Assembly (NCBI GenBank): GCA_944390405.1
Contig: CALXPS010000004.1
Coordinates: 8 to 64,007 of the forward strand
Direction: 5' to 3'
Origin: an uncultured Clostridia bacterium
Lineage (GTDB): Bacteria; Bacillota; Clostridia; TANB77; CAG-508
DNA length: 64,000 nt
The notes under the pieces are model-generated. The model ran no database searches, had not been told where the DNA came from, and was given only the letters and a program-made list of their open reading frames with translations. Positions 38,618-48,211 of the stretch are shown here, in pieces. The position numbers were made by a program, and so were the translations under genes. Every line of letters begins with the position of its first letter. The first letter of the stretch is position 1.

Positions 38618-40942
38618 GTGAAATTATTTGATAAGTTTTTAAGTGCTTTAAAAACAGATAGAAATACATTTTTTACATTTATTTTTACATTATTAACTGC
38701 TTATATTTTAGTAGATAGAATTGTGGAATTAATTTTTTTGTGTTTTACAGGAATGTCTGTTAATTATTGGGGGCCAATTACATATACATTTGCCTTAGCT
38801 TGTCCTGTTTTTGCTTTTGCATTTTCATATCCTTCAAAATTTGCAAAATCAGATCAAATAAGGCTATCTTTCTTTTATGCTTTTTGTGTTGCCCTTTTTA
38901 TAGTAGCAATATCTATGTTTATTCAATGGTTTAATATGTTAGCTTGGATGGGCATAATGTCTTTACCAAATAGTAATGCTTTTTTAGCAACATTTGCTGA
39001 TGCTACAAAAAGAGCTTTTTCATTAATGCCAATTTATGTACTTTTAATAACATCATATAAACTATTTTTCTGGCTATACAAAATAATTAATGACCCTATC
39101 TATCCTAGCACATATAAAGATTCTATCCTTGATTATACAGGTATAGATATTACAAGTGCTCCGGAAAATAGTGGTCCATATAGTTTTGAAGTAACTTTAT
39201 GTACAGATAAATCTACTGGTAAACCAGTTAAACTATTGGAAAAAAGAAGATTTGAATCTACTTTAATTGTAGGTCCTTCTGGTACAGGAAAATCCGCTTT
39301 AGTTTTAGAACCTATGATGGCAAGAGATTTAGAGAAAAAATACTTCTTACGTGAGGCTTCTAAAGAAATGGGCTATAATGCTTTAAAAAGTGGTTTAGCA
39401 GTTTTAGATTGCCCTTATGATAAAAATTATTTAAATAAAAACTTTAGATTAGACATGATTACACCTGTATCAGGTAGAGAAAAAGCATATAAAGCATATA
39501 TGAAAAAATTAATTTATGGAACAATGCCTGATGGTTCTATTGTTTACAAGAACTTAGGATTAACATCACTTACTCCTGACCAAGAACAAACTTATAGAAT
39601 TGCAGATATAGCTAAAAATTTTGGAATACCAGTTCATATTGTAGACCCACTTGACACTAACTCACCTGGATTAAATCCATTTACATTACCATCTCCTTCT
39701 CTTGCAGGTTTGATGATTTCATTAATACTAGAAGGACTTTACAATGCTTCTAGTGCTACAGCAGAACTTGTGTATATGAAAGATTTAGCTTATCAAGCTA
39801 TACAAAATATATGTGTATTTTTAGGTGAAATGTATCCAAGAAATAATAATGGGGATTTACCTAATTTAGAAGATTTGTTGCATTGTTTAACAGACTTTGA
39901 TTTAGTTGAAAATTTGTGTGAAGATTTAAAATCTGACCCAGATTTAGCAAAAAAATATGAATTTCAAATAGCATATTTTGAACAACATTTTTATAAAAAT
40001 TCTACTGGACGTAAAGATATGCAACGATATATGCATTTTGCTACAGCTCAACTTGAAGAATTATTAAGAGCAGCTTGTATAAGAGATATTATTTGTAAAA
40101 GACGTAATAACTTAAATTTTAACGAAATCTTAGAAAATGGAGAAATTATACTAATTTGTACAAGACCTGCTGATATCGGTGGTACAGCTCATCAAGGTCT
40201 AGGAAGATTTTTCCTAACATTACTTATGTGTGCTATTGAAGGTCGTCCTGGTAGTGAGAAAACAAGAATTCCACATTTTATATATATAGATGAATTTGAT
40301 AAATATGCTTGCCCACTATTTACTGATATGTTCACTTTATATAGGAAATTTAAAGTTGGTACAGTATTTACAACACAAAATTTGAGCAATTTAGGTTCTA
40401 TATCTAGCTCATTTATGCAATCTCTTTTATCAAATTGCCCAACTAAAATTACTTTTGGTAATTGCACTCCTGAAGATTATGATTGGTGGCAAAAAGAATT
40501 TGGTCAAAGACGTGAATGGGTAGTTAGCAATTCTTATGATAGAAAAAATCCTGAATATTCAAGTAATTTAGGTAATGTAAACTGGGCATGGAAAGATATT
40601 ATGAATGTTGCCAAAATCCAAGGTTTGAAATTTAAGAATTGTATCTACAAGACTAAAGATAAAAAAGGTAAAAATGTTGTTAACTATGGTATAGTTGACT
40701 TCTTAGAATCTAAATATAAAGAACCTCATAAGATTAAAAATTTCAACTTTGACAAATTTAATAATGGCATTACTCATGAAGAAACTAAAAAAACAAAGAA
40801 ACAAAGATTCAACCCAACATCAGTTGATTTTGATGACGAAGATGCAAATATAGATCCAGTACAAACTGATACAACAGATTCAGCATTTCTATTTAATAAT
40901 GAGGAAGCAATAAGTTTTGATTTGAATAAAAAAGAGAGCTAA
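38618..40942 (+). CDS. Membrane-anchored TraG/TraD/VirD4-like P-loop NTPase (type IV coupling-protein-like)
   Basis: About five N-terminal TM segments; Walker A LIVGPSGTGKS; VDPLDTNSPGLNPF; Walker B HFIYIDEFDKY; TTQNLSNL; acidic C-terminal tail. GTG start 7 nt after a GGAGGA RBS. Confidence 0.55.
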   Translation: MKLFDKFLSALKTDRNTFFTFIFTLLTAYILVDRIVELIFLCFTGMSVNYWGPITYTFALACPVFAFAFSYPSKFAKSDQIRLSFFYAFCVALFIVAISMFIQWFNMLAWMGIMSLPNSNAFLATFADATKRAFSLMPIYVLLITSYKLFFWLYKIINDPIYPSTYKDSILDYTGIDITSAPENSGPYSFEVTLCTDKSTGKPVKLLEKRRFESTLIVGPSGTGKSALVLEPMMARDLEKKYFLREASKEMGYNALKSGLAVLDCPYDKNYLNKNFRLDMITPVSGREKAYKAYMKKLIYGTMPDGSIVYKNLGLTSLTPDQEQTYRIADIAKNFGIPVHIVDPLDTNSPGLNPFTLPSPSLAGLMISLILEGLYNASSATAELVYMKDLAYQAIQNICVFLGEMYPRNNNGDLPNLEDLLHCLTDFDLVENLCEDLKSDPDLAKKYEFQIAYFEQHFYKNSTGRKDMQRYMHFATAQLEELLRAACIRDIICKRRNNLNFNEILENGEIILICTRPADIGGTAHQGLGRFFLTLLMCAIEGRPGSEKTRIPHFIYIDEFDKYACPLFTDMFTLYRKFKVGTVFTTQNLSNLGSISSSFMQSLLSNCPTKITFGNCTPEDYDWWQKEFGQRREWVVSNSYDRKNPEYSSNLGNVNWAWKDIMNVAKIQGLKFKNCIYKTKDKKGKNVVNYGIVDFLESKYKEPHKIKNFNFDKFNNGITHEETKKTKKQRFNPTSVDFDDEDANIDPVQTDTTDSAFLFNNEEAISFDLNKKES

Positions 40943-40957
40943 GGTGCTCTCTTTTTT
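40931..40957. terminator. Bidirectional terminator between convergent genes
   Basis: AAAGAGAGC / GCTCTCTTT stem whose loop contains the stop codon; flanking A/T runs. Confidence 0.6.
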
Positions 40958-41891
40958 ACTCTAATATCTTCAAATTCAATTCTTGTATTTTGTATTTCCC
41001 TGTTTCTTCATCTAAAATAAATTCTGTCAATGTGTTTGTTAGTGTGTTGTTGTTTTGTTTTAAATCTGTTGTAAAATATATTTTCATGTTACTTATTTCT
41101 AATCTGTTTGATACAATTACTTTAAATGCTTCTATTGTATGTTTATCGTCCTCGCATAGTAATACTAATTGGGGTTTTGTTTCATAGCCCGAATCGAATT
41201 GTACAAAGTTTTCATAAAAGTCTTTTAATAGTTTCATTCTGTCTACTAATTTTTTCTCCCAGTCTTCTTCTCTTCTTACTGCTTCAAATACTAGGTTTGC
41301 GGATTTTCCAGCCTTTGATAGTTTTACACCTGCATGCATTTTAAATATTTTCCCTATTTGTTTTGCAGTAAATGTAGGTTTTACTTTATACTCATCAAAT
41401 GCTTTTACTTTTCTTAAATATGAAATTATAACTTGATTTCCTGCTAGTCTTTTCTTTATCATACTTACAGGTTTTGTATTATCTGTTGGTTGCCATTTAC
41501 ATTCTATGCCTCTAGAATTTAATAAGTATTTCCCCATTTTTTCTAAACTGTATATTCTGTAAATACCTTTTCCTTCTTCAGCAGTGAAATAATATCTAGT
41601 AAGTATTTTTGTTTTTATTAATTGTTCTAATTTATTACTTAATTTATCTTGAGATTTTACATCTTCTCCTCTTGCTTCTAATATTTGAAAAATCTGTCTT
41701 GATGTCATAAACTCAAATTCATTAACTAATTCTAATATTTTGAAATGTATATCTGTTATATGTCCTATATTTATTTTATTAATTATTTGATTTATTGAAA
41801 CATACCCATCTTTTCCATCAAATATTTTTATTTCTCCTTCTCTCATTGCAAATGGAGATATTTTTGTTTTAATTTCTTCATCTACTACCAT
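40956..41891 (-). CDS. Replication-relaxation (Replic_Relax)-like winged-helix protein
   Basis: N-terminal wHTH-like segment (ITDIHFKILELVNEFEFMTSRQIFQIL...LSNKLEQLIKTKILTRYYF...IYSLEKMGKYLL) followed by a roughly 170-aa domain, the layout I associate with PF13814-type proteins. Assignment is by pattern only. Confidence 0.4.
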   Translation of the reverse strand: MVVDEEIKTKISPFAMREGEIKIFDGKDGYVSINQIINKINIGHITDIHFKILELVNEFEFMTSRQIFQILEARGEDVKSQDKLSNKLEQLIKTKILTRYYFTAEEGKGIYRIYSLEKMGKYLLNSRGIECKWQPTDNTKPVSMIKKRLAGNQVIISYLRKVKAFDEYKVKPTFTAKQIGKIFKMHAGVKLSKAGKSANLVFEAVRREEDWEKKLVDRMKLLKDFYENFVQFDSGYETKPQLVLLCEDDKHTIEAFKVIVSNRLEISNMKIYFTTDLKQNNNTLTNTLTEFILDEETGKYKIQELNLKILE

Positions 41892-41957
41892 GCTTTTTCC
41901 CCCTTTTTTACATCAAGCATCATTTATTTTTTTATTTAGCAGATATATTTTAGTATA

Positions 41958-42680
41958 TCAACTTTTTAATAATTCGTCAACTTCTTTTTGGGTTAAATAT
42001 CGCCAAGTGCCAAGTTTTAAATCTTTTACCCCTATGTTGCCTATTTTGCTTCTATGCAGAGCTAATACTTTTTTGTTGATTGCTTCACACATTCTTCTTA
42101 TTTGTCTGTTTTTTCCTTCATGTATTGTTATTTCAAGTCTTGTTTTGTTTTGTTCGTCATCTATTTTTAAAACTTTAACTTTTGCTTTGCTTGTTACAAA
42201 GTCCCCTATATCTACACCTTTTTCTAATTTTTCTATTTCTTCTTTTGTTACAATTCCTTTTAATGTTACAGTATATGTTTTACTAATTTCATGTTTTGGA
42301 TGTGTTATTTTGTATACAAAATCTCCATCATCTGTTAATATTAGAGCTCCAGAAGTATACATATCTAATCTACCAACTGGAACTAGTCTTTTATCTGTTT
42401 TTACTAAGTCTAATACCGTATTTCTATGAAATTGGTCTTTTACTGTTGTTACATAGTCAATTGGTTTATTTAATAATATATATGTATGTTTTGCTTGCTG
42501 TTTTGCCACTAATTTATCATCAAATTCAATTTTATCTATGTCTGGTTTTACTTTAGTACCTAGCTTAGTTACAGCTTTTCCATTTACTTTTACTCTTCCT
42601 TGTAATATATATTCTTCGCATTTTCGTCTTGATGCAATACCTGCCTCTGCTAGGTATTTTTGTAATCTTAGTTCTTCCAT
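41958..42680 (-). CDS. rluB: Pseudouridine synthase, RsuA/RluB family
   Basis: S4 domain (RLQKYLAEAGIASRRK.EE.I..GRV.VNG) plus the catalytic GRLDMYTSGALILTDDG. Confidence 0.8.
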   Translation of the reverse strand: MEELRLQKYLAEAGIASRRKCEEYILQGRVKVNGKAVTKLGTKVKPDIDKIEFDDKLVAKQQAKHTYILLNKPIDYVTTVKDQFHRNTVLDLVKTDKRLVPVGRLDMYTSGALILTDDGDFVYKITHPKHEISKTYTVTLKGIVTKEEIEKLEKGVDIGDFVTSKAKVKVLKIDDEQNKTRLEITIHEGKNRQIRRMCEAINKKVLALHRSKIGNIGVKDLKLGTWRYLTQKEVDELLKS

Positions 42681-42699
42681 TTTAGTCTCCTATTTAAAT

Positions 42700-43602
42700 T
42701 TATTCTTGTAGTTTTAAAGTGTTTAAAACATCTTTAAAATATTGTGGCAATGGAGCTTCAACTGTTATTTTTTCCCCTGTTCCTGGATGTTTAAATGTTA
42801 ATTTTGCTGCATGAAGCATTTGACCTTTTACATTAAACGGATTTTTCCCATTTGAGTATACTTCATCACCTACTATTGGATATCCTATTTCTGATAAGTG
42901 TACTCTAATTTGATGTGTTCTTCCTGTTTCTATTTTTACCTCTAATAATGTAAACTCATTATATCTTTTTAATACTTTAAAATGTGTTATAGCCTCTTTC
43001 CCTGTTTTTATAACTGCCATTTTTTTTCTATCTTTTGTACTTCTACCGATTGGCATATTTATTGTTGCTTCATTTTCTTTAATTTTTCCTCTTACCAGTG
43101 CTATATACGTTTTTTCCACTTCTCTATTTTGTATTTGTTTACTTAAGTTTATATGTGAATTATCGTTTTTTGCAATTATTACTAATCCTGATGTATCTTT
43201 ATCTATTCTATGCACTATACCTGGTCTTATTTTTCCTCCTATTCCAGACAAGCTCCCTTTACATCTTGCCATTACAGCATTTACAAGAGTTCCATCAGGA
43301 TTTCCATTTCCTGGATGGACCACTATTCCTTTTTCTTTGTTTACTACAAGTATATCATCATCTTCATATACTATATCTAATGGCATTTCTTGTGGCTTTA
43401 ACTCTATTTCTTCTGGAATTTCTTGCTCAATTGTTATAATGTCACCTAGTTCTGTTTTGTATGAAGGTTTTTCTTGTTTCCCATTTACTAAAATTTTACC
43501 TGATTTTATCATTCTTTGAATTGCTTCTCTTGATAAATTTGTTTCTATTTTGCTTACTATTTTATCTAACCTATCTTTTTCACTAGCCTTGTGTTCTATC
43601 AT
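42700..43602 (-). CDS. rluD: Pseudouridine synthase, RluA family (RluD-like)
   Basis: S4 domain plus HRIDKDTSGLVIIAKN and GRTHQIRVHL. Confidence 0.8.
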   Translation of the reverse strand: MIEHKASEKDRLDKIVSKIETNLSREAIQRMIKSGKILVNGKQEKPSYKTELGDIITIEQEIPEEIELKPQEMPLDIVYEDDDILVVNKEKGIVVHPGNGNPDGTLVNAVMARCKGSLSGIGGKIRPGIVHRIDKDTSGLVIIAKNDNSHINLSKQIQNREVEKTYIALVRGKIKENEATINMPIGRSTKDRKKMAVIKTGKEAITHFKVLKRYNEFTLLEVKIETGRTHQIRVHLSEIGYPIVGDEVYSNGKNPFNVKGQMLHAAKLTFKHPGTGEKITVEAPLPQYFKDVLNTLKLQE

Positions 43603-44068
43603 TTATACTCTCCTGACTTTTTACTGTATTTATTAATATTGTTACAAATAATATTACAACTCCTAATACTATACAAATATCTGCAAAATTGAATACTGGA
43701 TAATTAAATAACTGCGTTATATCAAAATAATCTATAACATATCCTCTAAATATTCTATCTATTAAGTTTCCTATTCCACCTGCTAATACTAATGACATTC
43801 CTATTTTTGCACTTTTTACAAGTTGATTCTTTTTACTTGCTAGTAACTTTATTATTGCAAATATTATAACTATATTAACTCCTATTAATATTAACCTTTC
43901 TCCAAAGATTCCAAATGCTGCCCCTATATTTTCTACATAAGTTAAGGATAACAATTTTGGTATTATTGTTATTGTTTCTCCTGAAGTTCCTATTGTATTA
44001 AATATTATCATTTTAATTATTTGGTCTATTAATATTAGTATAATTATCATTAGAACATTTTTCTTCAT
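43583..44068 (-). CDS. lspA: Lipoprotein signal peptidase II
   Basis: NIGAAFGIF, GGIGNLIDR, VIDYFD, FNFADI. Confidence 0.9.
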   Translation of the reverse strand: MKKNVLMIIILILIDQIIKMIIFNTIGTSGETITIIPKLLSLTYVENIGAAFGIFGERLILIGVNIVIIFAIIKLLASKKNQLVKSAKIGMSLVLAGGIGNLIDRIFRGYVIDYFDITQLFNYPVFNFADICIVLGVVILFVTILINTVKSQESINDRTQG

Positions 44069-45714
44069 TTATTTATCCTTTCATAAATGGTAAAGTTATT
44101 ATCTTCTATTTCTTCATTAGGATATATTTTTTCATATTTATCTGGATTCTCTTCTAAATACATCTTTAACTTAGAACTTCTTGATACTATAAAATGAGTA
44201 AATCCGTATTCATTTAATTTTGTTTCTACATTTGTTAAATTCATTGAATTTATGCTTAAGAAGTCCTTGAATACATAAGTATTGTCATTAAATTCAGCCA
44301 TATATAAATCACATCTTGAATCTATAAATACAGGTATTCCTTGATATATTAAATAACTTCCATAATTGTATTCATTATATAACTTCATTTCTTCTAAATC
44401 TATATTTTCTTTAATCCATGTTGCAGCTTGTACAGGATATGAGTTTTCACTTACAAATTTATCATTTATCTTAGGTTTAAATTGGAATATTGAAATTATT
44501 ATAACTATAGCTGAAATGATTGTTATTCCTAAAATGTTAGATGATATATTTTCTAGTTTTTTTACTGAATCTTTATTATATTTAATTAACATTTCTGTTA
44601 TCAGTCTGTTTAATATTACTGCTCCTATTAAATATAGCATTGATGCTTGCCTTCTTGATAATATTGTTAGTAGTGTTAAACCAGATAACATAAATAAATC
44701 GGATAATCTAATTTTTACTCTTGTAAATGCAATAGTTGCAACATATATTCCTAATAGTACTAACAATTTTATATTATCTGCCAATACTACTGGTAAATGT
44801 TCATTTATATTTTTTGTACTAATTCCTTGCATTGTTTTTATAAGATATGTGTATGGTGTGTCTCCAAGAGGTGTTAGTAATCCTGTAAATAAGCATATTA
44901 TAAATATAACTATTAGCCATTTTACATTATCGTAATACCCTATTTTTATTTTATATGGATCATTAATTCTTTTATCTTGTTTCTCTTTTAATCTAGCATA
45001 TCTGGCTTCCTCTTTTTCTAATTTTTTTAATAATTCTTCTGTTTCTCCTTGTTTCTTTATTTTTTTCTTAATACTTTGAACAACAGAATCACTTATTATT
45101 ACATTACTATATGCTAAAATATAGATTACAAATTCTGCCAAATATGGTAAATATAATATGAAATAGAAATAGAATGTTGCTAAATGTAGATTTGCAATTA
45201 ATATTGGTATTATAATTAGGCCTATGGCATACCTTATTTTTCTAGTTTCTAAGAATTTTTCTATAAAATATATTGTTAAAATAAATAGTATAAATGTTAC
45301 AAGTTGTGCTCTTGCACATATAAATGGTTTTAGTAAATATAGTGCTCCTATTGTTATTATAAATGATAAAATTCTGTTTTTTACTAGTTTTACATTTACA
45401 TAATACATTACTATTCCTAAAATAGATGCAAGTACTATTGTTGATATATAGATTCCTGTCATTCCACCTATGTTGTATATTGAATATATAAATACATCAT
45501 ATGCCCAATGTGGAAATGTATATTCTAGGTTTTCATGCCACGCAAACGGTTCTTGCATTGTTACACCATTTTCTAAGATGTATTCTCCTATTTTTATAGT
45601 GTAAAATGTATCATTTTGTAAAGTAATTGGTGTTATACTTATACAAAATATAATTATTAAAATTATTGCCATTGTGTTGAATCTAATTGATTTTTTTTTC
45701 TCTGGTTCCATCAC
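44065..45714 (-). CDS. Polytopic membrane protein with C-terminal extracytoplasmic domain (GT-C-like glycosyltransferase candidate)
   Basis: About 12 TM helices, then a roughly 130-aa soluble tail. Overlaps the lspA start by 4 nt. No firm motif. Confidence 0.3.
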   Translation of the reverse strand: MMEPEKKKSIRFNTMAIILIIIFCISITPITLQNDTFYTIKIGEYILENGVTMQEPFAWHENLEYTFPHWAYDVFIYSIYNIGGMTGIYISTIVLASILGIVMYYVNVKLVKNRILSFIITIGALYLLKPFICARAQLVTFILFILTIYFIEKFLETRKIRYAIGLIIIPILIANLHLATFYFYFILYLPYLAEFVIYILAYSNVIISDSVVQSIKKKIKKQGETEELLKKLEKEEARYARLKEKQDKRINDPYKIKIGYYDNVKWLIVIFIICLFTGLLTPLGDTPYTYLIKTMQGISTKNINEHLPVVLADNIKLLVLLGIYVATIAFTRVKIRLSDLFMLSGLTLLTILSRRQASMLYLIGAVILNRLITEMLIKYNKDSVKKLENISSNILGITIISAIVIIISIFQFKPKINDKFVSENSYPVQAATWIKENIDLEEMKLYNEYNYGSYLIYQGIPVFIDSRCDLYMAEFNDNTYVFKDFLSINSMNLTNVETKLNEYGFTHFIVSRSSKLKMYLEENPDKYEKIYPNEEIEDNNFTIYERINK

Positions 45715-45727
45715 TTTCTCCTATCTT

Positions 45728-46882
45728 TTATTTCAATATTTCAATTGCTCTTTGTAATTGTTCATCTTCTTCTGTTTCTATATTATCTTCTACTAATTCA
45801 TCTGGCATTATACCTATATTATTTATTTCATTGCCATTTGGTGTTTTAAACTCTTCTATTGTAACTTTTAAAGCTCCATCAAAAAGTGGCATTACTTCTT
45901 GCATTACTCCTTTACCATATGTTGTTGTCCCTACTATTGTTGCTACTTCATTATCTTTTAATGCTGCTGTTACAATTTCTGTTGCACTTGCTGAATATTC
46001 ATTAACTAAAATCACTATTTCCATATCTACTGGTTTTGTATTATTAGATTTTGTCAGTGTTACATTGTCAGCTTTATTGTATGAACGCATTATTATATCT
46101 CCTCGTTTAACAAATAGTTCTGCAAAATCTATAGCTTCTGTAACCACTCCTCCAGTATTATCTCGTAAATCTATAATTACTGAATTTATGCCTTGGTTTT
46201 GAAAATCTAATAAATATTGTTCTACATTATCTGCACAACCTTCATCAAAAGTTATAAGTTGGATATACCCTATATTGCCTTCTAAAATTTCTGTTTTACT
46301 ATCTTGTATTTCTACCGTTCTTCTTTCTACTGTTTTATTTAGCGTTTCATTTTCTCTTAATATTTCTAATTTTACTGTTGTTCCTTCTTGCCCTTTTATT
46401 TTACTAGAAGCTGTATCTAAGTCCATTTCACTACAACTCTCGCCATTTATTGCTGTAATAATATCTCCCGCTTGTAAACCTGCTTCCTCTGCTGGCGAAC
46501 CTACAATTGGACTTACTACTATGATATTACCTTCAACATCTTGTGACATATAAATTCCAATTCCTACATAATCTCCGGTAATACTAATTAATAATTCTTC
46601 ATATTCTTCTTTTGTTAAATATTCTGAATAATCGTCTTTAAGCCCTGCTACATATCCTTTTATTGCTGTTTCTGTCATTGATTGTGTATCTATGTCTCCA
46701 ATGTAGTATTTTTCTAATTCTTTTTTTACTGTTTCTAATTTTTTAGCTATAGTTTCAGTATCATCTGACAATCTTACAAAATAATTATACATTCCTATAG
46801 ATGTAATCATAAAAGTTACTGTTGCTGTTACAAGAATTAACATTATAACTTTATAAATTTTTTCTTTTTTTGAACTTTCCAT
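45728..46882 (-). CDS. S41 C-terminal processing peptidase (CtpA/CtpB-like)
   Basis: PDZ (GIGIYM...SPAEEAGLQAGDIITAING), LRDNTGG, NEYSASATEI, TYGKG. Confidence 0.85.
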   Translation of the reverse strand: MESSKKEKIYKVIMLILVTATVTFMITSIGMYNYFVRLSDDTETIAKKLETVKKELEKYYIGDIDTQSMTETAIKGYVAGLKDDYSEYLTKEEYEELLISITGDYVGIGIYMSQDVEGNIIVVSPIVGSPAEEAGLQAGDIITAINGESCSEMDLDTASSKIKGQEGTTVKLEILRENETLNKTVERRTVEIQDSKTEILEGNIGYIQLITFDEGCADNVEQYLLDFQNQGINSVIIDLRDNTGGVVTEAIDFAELFVKRGDIIMRSYNKADNVTLTKSNNTKPVDMEIVILVNEYSASATEIVTAALKDNEVATIVGTTTYGKGVMQEVMPLFDGALKVTIEEFKTPNGNEINNIGIMPDELVEDNIETEEDEQLQRAIEILK

Positions 46883-46967
46883 TTTTTGCCTCCTAATATC
46901 TACAAATCAGGCGAGCTATGCTCGCCTATGTCTTTAGTTAATATTATATTCATTTTCTTAAATAATA

Positions 46968-48137
46968 TTATTGTAAGTATGGTAATGGATTTACACATCT
47001 ACCATTTATTCTTACTTCAAAATGAAGGTGGTTTCCTGTTGAATTTCCTGTTGTTCCTACTGTTCCTATAACTTGTCCTTGCACAACACTTTCTCCTTCA
47101 AACACTCTTCTTGAATTTGGATACATATGTGCATATAATGTCATTGTTCCATCATGGTGGTCTATTACTATGTATTCACCATAGCTTCTGTAAGTTCCAT
47201 TTGAATTTCTCAAAGCAGTTGATGTTACAACAGTTCCATCTTTTACAGCAACTATGCTTTTACCTGTTACATTTATGTTTATATCTACACCAGTATGCCC
47301 TGGATATGATGGATAATATCTTCTATTTATATTATATATATTTAATCCTGCTACTGGAAATATGTATCCTGCTTCACTTGGTTCTCCTGGTATTACTGGT
47401 GAACCACCATTATTTTCCATAGCAATTCTTTCCAACTCTTCTTGTATTGCTTTTTTATCTCTTTCAAATTGTTCTAATTCTTCTTGTAGTGCTTTTTCTT
47501 CATCATTCAATTGATCAATATATGATTGTTTTACAGCTTGAGAACTTTTTAAAGAGTTTGCTGTATCTTCTTTACTTGCTTTTAAAGCTTCTATCTGTTC
47601 TTTACTTGTTTGTAGCATTTGTTTTGTTTCATTTATGCTATTTTTATTTTCTTCCATTTTTTCTAATAAATTTCTATCACTTTCTGCTATTTCTGATACT
47701 ATGTAATATTTACTTATGAAGTCTGTTATACTCTTTGATGATAGTAAAACATCTAAATATGTAGTGTTCCCTGATTCATATAAAGCTAACAATCTTTGTT
47801 GTAATAGTACTTCTTGCTCATTATAGTCTTCTTCTGCTTGTTTTAATTGTGCCTCTGTTTCTGTTATTTGATTAGTTACATCTTCAATTTTAGTATCTAG
47901 ATCTGCTATTTCATTTTCATAATCTGCTATTTCTGCATTTAGCGAACGTATTTGTTGCATCGCAGTTGATAGTTCTTCTTCTACATCATCTATATCGCTC
48001 TTTGTAGAATCTATTTTATCTTGGATATCATTTAAATCCGACTCTGTAACAGCTAGTACCCTCATAATATTTCCCGATAATGCTAATACTAAAATTATTG
48101 CAATAATTATAATACTTTTAATGATTTTTTTTAACAT
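46968..48137 (-). CDS. Secreted coiled-coil + M23 (LytM) peptidase, copy 2
   Basis: Signal/anchor, about 220-aa heptad-rich region, then M23 motifs HTGVD and GNHLHFEVRING. Confidence 0.8.
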   Translation of the reverse strand: MLKKIIKSIIIIAIILVLALSGNIMRVLAVTESDLNDIQDKIDSTKSDIDDVEEELSTAMQQIRSLNAEIADYENEIADLDTKIEDVTNQITETEAQLKQAEEDYNEQEVLLQQRLLALYESGNTTYLDVLLSSKSITDFISKYYIVSEIAESDRNLLEKMEENKNSINETKQMLQTSKEQIEALKASKEDTANSLKSSQAVKQSYIDQLNDEEKALQEELEQFERDKKAIQEELERIAMENNGGSPVIPGEPSEAGYIFPVAGLNIYNINRRYYPSYPGHTGVDININVTGKSIVAVKDGTVVTSTALRNSNGTYRSYGEYIVIDHHDGTMTLYAHMYPNSRRVFEGESVVQGQVIGTVGTTGNSTGNHLHFEVRINGRCVNPLPYLQ

Positions 48138-48211
48138 ATAGTTTACCTTCCTTTTTCTTCTATTTATGTTTTTTATATTTATTTGTTATTTTCTTCACTT
48201 GTTTAGTACTA

